The notes under the pieces: generated by a model | What the model was told of the DNA's origin: nothing | Seen by the model: the letters and a program-made list of their open reading frames with translations, nothing else | The model's database searches: none | Shown here: positions 43,602 to 54,612 of the stretch, in pieces | How the letters are laid out: each line of letters begins with the position of its first letter | Position numbering within the stretch: position 1 is the first letter of the stretch | Assembly: GCA_035291605.1 (NCBI GenBank) | Contig: DATDRS010000172.1 | Coordinates: 1-58,579, forward strand | Direction of reading: 5' to 3' | From: Anaerolineales bacterium | GTDB taxonomy: Bacteria > Chloroflexota > Anaerolineae > Anaerolineales > UBA6663 | DNA length: 58,579 bases | Translations under genes and position numbers: made by a program

Positions 43602-44771
43602 ATGACCCCGGCCCGCCGTCGCTTTCGCCGCTTCGTGCTGTTTGGCGCTTTCAGCCTGTTCGGACTGTGCCTTACGGTCACCCTCCTTTCGGCGTTGAGC
43701 AACCGCGACCTGCCAACCGGCCCGGCGGTGCTGGACCGGCTCGACCCGCTGGACAAGGCCCGCCTGCAAGAGACTCTGCATCTGAAGCAGGCGTTAGGCG
43801 TCGTCGTCTGGCCGGGTTGGGGGCAAGCCGACATACCCATCATCTTGTGGAATAACCGGTATTCCTTTCTGATCGGCCTTGCCAACCCGCCTGCCGATTG
43901 GGAGAGAGTGCCGGACGATGATCTTGCGGGCCAGCCGTACTATCGGAAGCCCACTGTGAACTCGCAGAACTTTGCCGTGAGCGTGGCAGGTCAATGGGTT
44001 GCGAGCATGGCGACAAAATGGGAGACCGACAACTTCCTCATCTCCCAGTTCCGCAAAATGATGCCTGGCCCGCTCAAGCCGGTGTTCCCCTACCGGTTGT
44101 TGATCCAACCAAGCGAAGCGCAGATCTCCGGCGTGTTGCACGAGTCCTTCCACGTGTATCAGGCCGAAGCTGCTCCATCCTACTTTGAGGACGCAGAGAA
44201 CGCTTATCTGGACGAAACGCGCTATTGGACGGCGGACACGGCCATGCATGAGGCGTGGGCAACCGAGATCAATCTTCTGGCACGCGCCGTCGAGGCAAAG
44301 TCGAGCGGCGAGGCGGCGGAGCTGGCACACCAGTTCTTATCTCAACGCGACCAACGGCGGGCGGCGCACGGACTGGATGCGGCGCTGGTGGACTACGAGC
44401 GCCGGATCGAGTGGCTGGAAGGATTAGCCAAGTACATCGAACTCGCCATCTGGCGGGAGGCCTCGGCGAGTTCGGACTACGCCCCGCTGCCGGTTCTGAC
44501 TGACGACCCCGATTTCAAAAAATACGCCTCCTTCGCGCAACGCTGGTCACAGGAACTGGATCAGATGAAACGGCAGGCGACGCTCGAAGGCGACATCCGT
44601 TTTTATTACACCGGCATGGCTCAAGCCATGCTGCTGGACCAGCTGATGCCGGGCTGGAAAGCGCGTGCGCTGACCGAGTCGATGACAGTGGAAGATTTGC
44701 TGCGCGAGGCGCTGCAACAGCCTCATCCAATGGTCACCGCAAGTCGCGCACGCACCCGGCAAAGAAAATAG
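43602..44771 (+). CDS. membrane-anchored hypothetical protein with HExxH..E motif (putative gluzincin-like peptidase)
   Basis: 389 aa. N-terminal TM 'FVLFGAFSLFGLCLTVTLL'. Contains 'VLHESFHVYQ' and a downstream 'WLEGLAKY'. Confidence 0.4.
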   Translation: MTPARRRFRRFVLFGAFSLFGLCLTVTLLSALSNRDLPTGPAVLDRLDPLDKARLQETLHLKQALGVVVWPGWGQADIPIILWNNRYSFLIGLANPPADWERVPDDDLAGQPYYRKPTVNSQNFAVSVAGQWVASMATKWETDNFLISQFRKMMPGPLKPVFPYRLLIQPSEAQISGVLHESFHVYQAEAAPSYFEDAENAYLDETRYWTADTAMHEAWATEINLLARAVEAKSSGEAAELAHQFLSQRDQRRAAHGLDAALVDYERRIEWLEGLAKYIELAIWREASASSDYAPLPVLTDDPDFKKYASFAQRWSQELDQMKRQATLEGDIRFYYTGMAQAMLLDQLMPGWKARALTESMTVEDLLREALQQPHPMVTASRARTRQRK

Positions 44772-44824
44772 AGGCGCAGCATTGGTCGCGCTGGAGAGAT
44801 TCCCATGAAACATTTGGGAGAGGA

Positions 44825-45205
44825 ATGACGATGCTGCTCGTGCGCGACGTGATGACGATTGGCGTGCCGGTCTGTCGCGATACGGAAACGTGCGGTGCCG
44901 TGGCGGCGCGGTTGAATGGCGAGGCGGTGGTTGTATTAGATGAAGATGGGATGGCGTGCGGCTGGCTGACGCGGGAGCAGCTGCTGGCCGAGGATGCAAC
45001 GCGGCCCGTGGGCGCGGTGATGGACGAGGTCATCCCCACGGTGGCCCCTGACATCCCGGCGGAGGCAGCCGCGCAGTTGATGCTTGACCGCGAGGTGGAA
45101 TATCTATTCCTGATGCACGACTGGCCCGGCGAGCCGAGGCCATCAGCCATGATTTCACGGAAGGCCGCAGAGAAGCGGCTGAGGGAAAGCCATGAAACCC
45201 AGTGA
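44825..45205 (+). CDS. CBS-domain pair protein
   Basis: 126 aa. Two CBS-like units ('VRDVMTIGVPV..VVVLDEDGMACGWLTREQLL' and 'VMDEVIPTVAPD..'). Confidence 0.55.
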   Translation: MTMLLVRDVMTIGVPVCRDTETCGAVAARLNGEAVVVLDEDGMACGWLTREQLLAEDATRPVGAVMDEVIPTVAPDIPAEAAAQLMLDREVEYLFLMHDWPGEPRPSAMISRKAAEKRLRESHETQ

Positions 45206-45310
45206 CTTCTACATTCACCTCAATTAGAGTTGTTTTCTCAATCCTGCCGATTGCCCAATCTGGCAGCAGGTGGTTGGATTCGGCGCACTTTCCAGTTTGA
45301 CTGACAACCA

Positions 45311-45341
45311 GACCTTTAGGGTCTTCAAGACCCTAAAGGTC
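45311..45341. repeat. 31-nt perfect palindrome
   Basis: GACCTTTAGGGTCTT c AAGACCCTAAAGGTC, followed by TTTTCCTT. Lies 105 nt downstream of the CBS gene. Either a terminator with an unusually tight loop or a protein-binding site. Confidence 0.6.
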
Positions 45342-45411
45342 TTTTCCTTAAAGAGACCCGGCTGCGACATCACATTCCAAGAATCAGTCTGCAATCCGAC
45401 TTTCGCCTGAT

Positions 45412-45753
45412 GACGCGCCCCCTGGCTGCGCTACCTGCACTTCGCTCTTAGCCTGAGCCTGGTGCTGGTGCTCTTCTTCGCCTTTGACTACACCCGCGGC
45501 GCGGCGGGCCGCACGGCAGTGATCTGGTTCTTGATGCGAGAAATTGTGCCCGATGGACGTGCGCATCAGCGATTACGTCCTGAACGGCGAGCGCGTTCTG
45601 ACCACCGAGTGCAGCCTGTGCCAGACGTGCATCACCGTCTGCGCCCACGACGCGCTGAAACTGGGTTTTGGTTTCGACCTGGGCGGGAAAGACCTGCTTG
45701 CGGGAGCGCGCGCCGAAGATGGAGCGCGAGATGGCGGCAGCCGCAGTGCGTGA
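45412..45753 (+). pseudogene. NapH/MauN-type 4Fe-4S membrane protein, truncated and frameshifted remnant
   Basis: One frame reads the membrane segment 'WLRYLHFALSLSLVLVLFFAF..AVIWF'. The next frame continues 'CEKLCPMD..ECSLCQTCITVCAHDAL' (CxxLCP and CxxCxxCxxxC motifs). The frameshift is near 45528-45532 and there is no plausible N-terminus. Confidence 0.35.
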
Positions 45754-45784
45754 TTAAGAAGGATCAGGAGTGCTGATTTTTTTC

Positions 45785-45813
45785 TTGCCGCTTGTTGTTC
45801 CCTATGTTATTAT
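45785..45813 (+). promoter_or_regulatory. sigma70-like promoter with extended -10
   Basis: TTGCCG (45785-45790), 17-nt spacer containing TGT, TATTAT (45808-45813). Confidence 0.4.
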
Positions 45814-45873
45814 CTCGCCCGGCAGTATGCCTGCGCTGCGGGGCAAATGCATCTGATGCGACATTCTCGGGTG

Positions 45874-45917
45874 GGTGGGGAGGCGCCTCGCAAGAGGAGA
45901 CTCCCCGCCTTCTTTTT
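45874..45917 (+). terminator. intrinsic terminator-like hairpin inside the leader of the GH-like gene pair
   Basis: GGTGGGGAG (45874-45882) pairs with CTCCCCGCC (45901-45909). An inner CCTC-GCAA-GAGG tetraloop hairpin lies between them. TTCTTTTT (45910-45917) follows. Confidence 0.55.
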
Positions 45918-45972
45918 GGTGAAAGCGTCTGCCGATCGGCAGCGCTCGTATCGGTGGGGAGCGAGTTAACCT

Positions 45973-47247
45973 GTGAACCGTTATCCATTGTCTCCGACGC
46001 TTGTGCGTCGTGTCGTCAATCTCAGTCTCCTTCTCGCGCTCCTGTCAGGGTGCAAGTCTGCGCCAACGCCTGGCCCAGGGACTCCGCCGCCCGCCCTGAC
46101 GCAGACGCATGAGGCCGCGTTGACGGCGACGCCGGGCGCTCAGATCGCTTACCTGCCGCTCGTGGGCGCGGGAGGCGCTGCGCCCACATCCACGCCGGAA
46201 CCTTCGCCGTACCCCGCGCCTCCTACGCCTGAACTGCCTCCAACCCCGGCGCCTACGCCTACCTCCGCGTGGCCTGAGCCTCCCGCCGGCCTGACGACCA
46301 GCAAGCTGGGGCTGCACGTCGTCCGCAACGAAGACCCGTATATCATGGAATTCGTCCGGCACGCTCACCCGCGCGTGATGAAGGGGTTGGACGACGACGC
46401 TTGGTTGTCCGAGGTGAAAGCAGTTTCCCCGGACATCGTCACGGTCGGGCGTTTCGTCGGCGAGGAGGCCGATGTCCAGGAGCATTGGCCTGATACGACC
46501 GACCCGGTCGCGGCGGCGCGAGCCTATGTGGCTAGGTTTCTGGAACGATATCGGCTTAACTCAGGCGTGGACTACTGGGAAGGCTGGAACGAGTTTAATG
46601 CGGTCATACCGGAGCGTTGGACCTGGTTCGCCAAATTCGAAGCAGAGCGCGCGTGCCTGATGCAAGCGCATGGCTTGCGCGCCGCGGTGGGCGGTTTTCC
46701 AATGGGGACGCCGGAGTACAGTGCGATGGCGCTGTTCCTGCCCGCGCTGGAGGCGGCGCACCGGTGTGGAGGCATCTTCACGCTGCACGAAGGCGTCATG
46801 CCCACCATCGGCTGCGGCCTCGAGACCAACCGCCCTGGTATCATCCCCGGCGCGCCGGCGCTTTCGGTCCCGGCGGGGCCGATCATGATGCGCTACCGGT
46901 TCTGGTACGAAGTGTATCTCAAGCCGCGCGGCCTGGGCGACCTGCCGCTGGTCATCAGTGAGTTGGCGATTGGCGGCATTGATCCCAACTCTCCGTGCAA
47001 TGGCCCCGGGGGGGACTCTTGGAAAACGTATCAAGACTGGTGGGTTCAGCAAGGCGTCGGCCTGACCGGACCGGATGCTTACGTGAATGTGCTGGCCTGG
47101 TACGATTCGGAAATGCGCCGGGATCCGTATGTGATCGGCGCGACGATCTTCACCGCCGGCTCGGTGAGCGAGTATTTGGGCTGGACGGAATTTGACCTGC
47201 ATGATGTGCTCATCCCGCTGGCGCATTATGCGGTCAGCCAGCCATGA
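45973..47247 (+). CDS. exported lipoprotein, GH clan-A (TIM-barrel glycosidase)-like, paralog 1
   Basis: 424 aa with a GTG start. Lipobox 'LLALLSGC'. Pro/Thr-rich linker. 'YWEGWNEFN' (Asn-Glu acid/base-like) and 'LVISELAIGG' (nucleophile-like). ATGA overlap with paralog 2. Confidence 0.55.
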   Translation: MNRYPLSPTLVRRVVNLSLLLALLSGCKSAPTPGPGTPPPALTQTHEAALTATPGAQIAYLPLVGAGGAAPTSTPEPSPYPAPPTPELPPTPAPTPTSAWPEPPAGLTTSKLGLHVVRNEDPYIMEFVRHAHPRVMKGLDDDAWLSEVKAVSPDIVTVGRFVGEEADVQEHWPDTTDPVAAARAYVARFLERYRLNSGVDYWEGWNEFNAVIPERWTWFAKFEAERACLMQAHGLRAAVGGFPMGTPEYSAMALFLPALEAAHRCGGIFTLHEGVMPTIGCGLETNRPGIIPGAPALSVPAGPIMMRYRFWYEVYLKPRGLGDLPLVISELAIGGIDPNSPCNGPGGDSWKTYQDWWVQQGVGLTGPDAYVNVLAWYDSEMRRDPYVIGATIFTAGSVSEYLGWTEFDLHDVLIPLAHYAVSQP

Positions 47248-48665
47248 GGCCTTCTTTGGCCCTGACCCGCAGCCAGTTCCGGGCTCTCGTCGGCCTGGCG
47301 TTCGCCTTCGCGGGTATTCTGGCGGGATTGTCGCTGATCCTGCTGCCGACGCTGCCCGGCGCGCCGCCGGCCTCTCCGCCGACTTTGAGCGCTAATCCGC
47401 CCGATACTGAGCCGGCGGCAACACCCGCCTCCCCGGAGGGTTCGTCTGCTTTGACGTTAGCGAGCCAGGCGACGGCGACCGTGGCGCCAACTGCCGGCGC
47501 TGGTTTGATCGCCACCCAGCCGATTGTCCGTGAGACCGACGCGCCTCCCCGCGCCTCGCCATCGGCGCTGCCGATTTGGACCGCGACGCTCGCCGCCACG
47601 CTGCCGGTCACACCGATAGCCTCTGCCACAGCCGGGTTGAGCCTGACGCCAGCGAATCCCTCGCGGGCGCTGCCGGCCGGATGGCCGCAAACTTTCCCCG
47701 AGCTCACGGCGAGCAAGTTGAGCGTCCACGTGGTCCGCAACGAAGACCCGCAGGTGATGCAGATGGTGCGGCAGGCTCATCCACGCCTGATCAAGGCAGT
47801 AGATGATGTGGGCTGGCTGGCGGAGGTCAAGCAGGTTTCGCCTGGAACAATCATTATTGGGCGGTTTACCGACGTCAAAAGCGATACGCTGGAAGAGTGG
47901 ACGGAGACGAAAGATCCTCAGACGGCGGCGCGGGAATATGTCGCCGCTCACCTGGAGCGCTATCGCCGCAACCCGGCCGTGGACTTTTGGGAGGGCTGGA
48001 ATGAGTTTTCCGCGGTCCCGCCTGAGAGCTGGGTCTGGTTCGCTAGATTCGAAGCCGAGCGGGCCTGTCTGATGCAGGCGCACGGCCTGCGCGCCGCCGT
48101 GGGCGGCTTTCCGCCGGGGACGCCCGAATACGGTGAAATGGCGTTGTTTGCGCCCGCGCTGGAGGCGGCTCACCGCTGTGGAGGCATCTTCACGCTCCAC
48201 GAGGGCGTGATGCCCATCATTGGCTGCGGCGTCAGCGCGACCGACCCGGAGGTGCGCATCCCCGGCGCGCCGGATTTTCCGGGCGTCGCCGTGGGGTACA
48301 TGACCGTGCGTTATCGCTACTGGTACGAGGGCTTCCTCAAGCCTCGTGGGGTGGGCGATCTGCCGCTTGTCATCAGCGAGCTGGCGCTGGGCGGCTTTGT
48401 GGAGGATTCGCCGTGCAACGGGCCGGGCGGCGCGGACTGGAAGTCATTTCAGAAGTGGTGGGTGCAGCAGGGAGTGGCCGCAACCGGCCCGGAGGCCTAT
48501 ATGAAAGTGCTCGCATGGTACGATCAGTTGATGCGCGAAGACCCGTATGTTTTAGGCGCGACGATCTTCACCGCGGGAGCGATCAGCCCTGAATTGAACT
48601 GGAATGATTTTGACGTGCATGAGGTCCTGCCGCTTCTGACGGATCATCTCCTGCAGTCGAGGTGA
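47244..48665 (+). CDS. membrane-anchored GH clan-A-like protein, paralog 2
   Basis: 473 aa. TM anchor 'LVGLAFAFAGILAGLSLILL' and a longer Pro/Ala/Thr linker. Same 'FWEGWNEFS' and 'LVISELALGG' motifs. Collinear with paralog 1. Confidence 0.55.
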   Translation: MRPSLALTRSQFRALVGLAFAFAGILAGLSLILLPTLPGAPPASPPTLSANPPDTEPAATPASPEGSSALTLASQATATVAPTAGAGLIATQPIVRETDAPPRASPSALPIWTATLAATLPVTPIASATAGLSLTPANPSRALPAGWPQTFPELTASKLSVHVVRNEDPQVMQMVRQAHPRLIKAVDDVGWLAEVKQVSPGTIIIGRFTDVKSDTLEEWTETKDPQTAAREYVAAHLERYRRNPAVDFWEGWNEFSAVPPESWVWFARFEAERACLMQAHGLRAAVGGFPPGTPEYGEMALFAPALEAAHRCGGIFTLHEGVMPIIGCGVSATDPEVRIPGAPDFPGVAVGYMTVRYRYWYEGFLKPRGVGDLPLVISELALGGFVEDSPCNGPGGADWKSFQKWWVQQGVAATGPEAYMKVLAWYDQLMREDPYVLGATIFTAGAISPELNWNDFDVHEVLPLLTDHLLQSR

Positions 48666-48738
48666 GTGGAATTTGGAAAGGCCGGTCACGGATTTAGCGC
48701 AATCCACCCCGGCGTCGAGGCCCTCGGCGGCGGCTGAT

Positions 48739-52474
<3,736 letters not shown>

Positions 52475-52535
52475 ATGGAGCCACAATGGACATGCAGAGC
52501 ACGCAACTGACCTCCTGATTTTGCAGCACCTGCCT

Positions 52536-54527
52536 ATGCGCCTTTCCTCTCTCCTCAACCTCGGTCTCATCGCGGTCGGCGCAGCCGCCGCCATTCCCAC
52601 ACTCCTGCGCCGCCGCGAATGGGAACAATCCAATCAGCGCACCGGCATTGTCCTCGACTACGACGATGCTCTGTCCGTCTGCACCCGCGCGGCCATGCCC
52701 CTCGGCGAATTCCTTCAAGCGGCCAGGCGCCACGGCGCAACGCACCTGGCCTTGCCTGAATTGACTCTGAACCGTCTCATGCGTGAGGGCCGTGTGGTTA
52801 CCACCGTCCCCGCTGGCCCGATCTCAAGCCCGCCTCCCATTGGCGCATGGATTTACCTCGCCAGCCCCGAGCCGCCGCTCATCCAGCACCTGGTGCGCGA
52901 GTTTTCTGCGCGTTTGCCGTCTTCTCACGCGCACCTCTTATCCACCCCCCTCTCATCAATTTCCAATCTCCAATCTCCCCTCTCTAATCTCCAGCCTCCT
53001 CAAGTCCCTGCTGCCCATCTCCCTTGCACCCTGGCGCTCGCTGGCGACCTTCCGTCCCTCGGCGAGATCGGCCTCGGCTTCGAAACCGAGGTCACGGCGC
53101 AGGCCCTCCTCGCCGGCCTCGAACTTGTCCCGCGTCCCGTCGCGTATGCATGGCCCGAAGACCGCCTGATTGAGCGCACCATGATTCAAGTCGCGGGCCT
53201 TGGCGCTGCGGCGCGCATCGTGGCCTTCGACGGCGACATCATCCTCGGTCACGAAATGCATCTCGACACGACTGTGCGCTGCCTCGAAAACCTGCGCCTC
53301 ACCTTCGCCTACTTCTCCGAGACGCGCCACCAGAAAGGCGACTGGTTTATCGCCAAGCGCCTCGCGCCTAAAGGGCAGGTTATCCTCGCGCATTTCTTCA
53401 CCCCGGCCGCCCTGGCGCCTGAGGATTACCACTCGGCGGCGCATCATTGGGGTATGCTGGCCCACATGCGCGGCATCCGCTTGTGCTATATCAACGTCTT
53501 CCGCCGGATCCATGCCGCGGACCCGCTCGAATGCCTGAAATATCTCGAGCACGTCCGCAAAAACCTGGACGCCTTTGATGGGAAAACGACCCCGGCGATC
53601 CTCCCCGCTCCCGACCGCCAGGCGTTGGCCCTCACCGGACTCGCCTCGGCGGGAGCGGTTTCCCTGGCGGCCACGCGGACATTCGGTCTCCCCGAGCCGT
53701 CCGCACTGGCCCTCACCGCCGCGGCCGCAGCCGGCGCGGCTTCGCTGCCCTACCTTGACCGCCCGCGCGGCGAACTTGAGCAAGCCTATCCACCTTCCTA
53801 CGCGCCAAAACTTCTGGCGCTCGCCGGCGCCGCCGCCGCGCCTCTCGCCGCCGATGACTCGTTCACTGGCGCATTCGTCCACGCCGGAGTCGCCTCCGCC
53901 CTGGCCGCCCTCACCACCGGGCAGGACTATCAACTGCACATCGAAGAATACCGTTCCCTCAACGCCGATTTGTTCCTGCCACTTGCCGGCGTCCTTTTCC
54001 GCGAACTCGCCGGTTCTCCATCTCTAGGCTCTGATCTCCAATCCCCACACGGAGCGTCCAGTCTTCCATCTCCTGCCCTGCCGCTCTCCCTCACTGCCCT
54101 GGCGCTCATCTGGTACGTGGCCAATAAGCTCAACCTCGACCTGCTCGGCGCGCTCGACAAAGACCTGCCGGCCGGGCACACCCACCATCTCTCGGCGGCG
54201 CAGCGTTTCATGGGCGATGCACTCATCGCCCTCGGCCCGCGTCCGGCGCGCAAATGGGCTGGGTTGGGGCTGGCAGCCGTCACGGCCGCGCACGCTGTGC
54301 GGCGCAGGGGTGATCCTGACAGGGGCGCTCGCACGGATCGCCCTTACGAGGTTCTTGCCGCTGCGCTCCTCGGGGCCATCGGCAACGCTGTGATGCTCGC
54401 CGCCTTCCGCACACCGGAACGGCCTCTGGCGGAAACCGTGCCGACGGTTGGCAGGAGTTGGGCGTGGGGCGCTGCCCTGTCCTTGTTGCTGTGGTCGTGG
54501 AAAAAACAGACGGGGCCTGGATCATGA
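52536..54527 (+). CDS. membrane protein with N-terminal soluble domain (DUF5693-like by eye)
   Basis: Trimmed to the ATG at 52536 ('MRLSSLLNLGLIAVGAAAAI'). Upstream of a Wzx-like flippase. Contains two in-frame heptamer-repeat tracts. Confidence 0.4.
   Translation: MRLSSLLNLGLIAVGAAAAIPTLLRRREWEQSNQRTGIVLDYDDALSVCTRAAMPLGEFLQAARRHGATHLALPELTLNRLMREGRVVTTVPAGPISSPPPIGAWIYLASPEPPLIQHLVREFSARLPSSHAHLLSTPLSSISNLQSPLSNLQPPQVPAAHLPCTLALAGDLPSLGEIGLGFETEVTAQALLAGLELVPRPVAYAWPEDRLIERTMIQVAGLGAAARIVAFDGDIILGHEMHLDTTVRCLENLRLTFAYFSETRHQKGDWFIAKRLAPKGQVILAHFFTPAALAPEDYHSAAHHWGMLAHMRGIRLCYINVFRRIHAADPLECLKYLEHVRKNLDAFDGKTTPAILPAPDRQALALTGLASAGAVSLAATRTFGLPEPSALALTAAAAAGAASLPYLDRPRGELEQAYPPSYAPKLLALAGAAAAPLAADDSFTGAFVHAGVASALAALTTGQDYQLHIEEYRSLNADLFLPLAGVLFRELAGSPSLGSDLQSPHGASSLPSPALPLSLTALALIWYVANKLNLDLLGALDKDLPAGHTHHLSAAQRFMGDALIALGPRPARKWAGLGLAAVTAAHAVRRRGDPDRGARTDRPYEVLAAALLGAIGNAVMLAAFRTPERPLAETVPTVGRSWAWGAALSLLLWSWKKQTGPGS
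52941..53003 (+). repeat. in-frame heptamer tandem array (TCCAATC-type) inside a CDS
   Basis: Reads TCCACCC CCCTCTC ATCAATT TCCAATC TCCAATC TCCCCTC TCTAATC TCCAGCC TCCTCAA. Translated as '..STPLSSISNLQSPLSNLQPPQ..'. Confidence 0.7.
54014..54048 (+). repeat. in-frame heptamer tandem array (TCTCCAA-type) inside a CDS
   Basis: Reads TTCTCCA TCTCTAG GCTCTGA TCTCCAA TCCCCAC. Translated as '..GSPSLGSDLQSPHG..'. Confidence 0.6.
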
Positions 54528-54612
54528 ATTCGCAACCCCTACGCGCATTGAGTATTGCACATTGAGCATTGATTCTCCGGCTTCTCCCACCTCGCGCGCG
54601 GCAGCGCGCAAT

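Noticed and set aside
45311-45341. The TTTAGGG/CCCTAAA core of the palindrome as a telomere-like repeat.
   Set aside because: There is a single copy on each arm, in inverted orientation, inside a bacterial chromosomal context. The resemblance to the plant telomere heptamer is coincidental.
45820-45917. The leader upstream of the GH-like genes as a c-di-GMP-I (GEMM) or other named riboswitch, prompted by 'GGGCAAA' and a GNRA tetraloop.
   Set aside because: The pre-terminator segment is only about 55 nt and lacks the paired P1/P2 tetraloop-receptor architecture and conserved 'ACGCAAAGC' elements as I remember them. It is retained only as a generic attenuator candidate.
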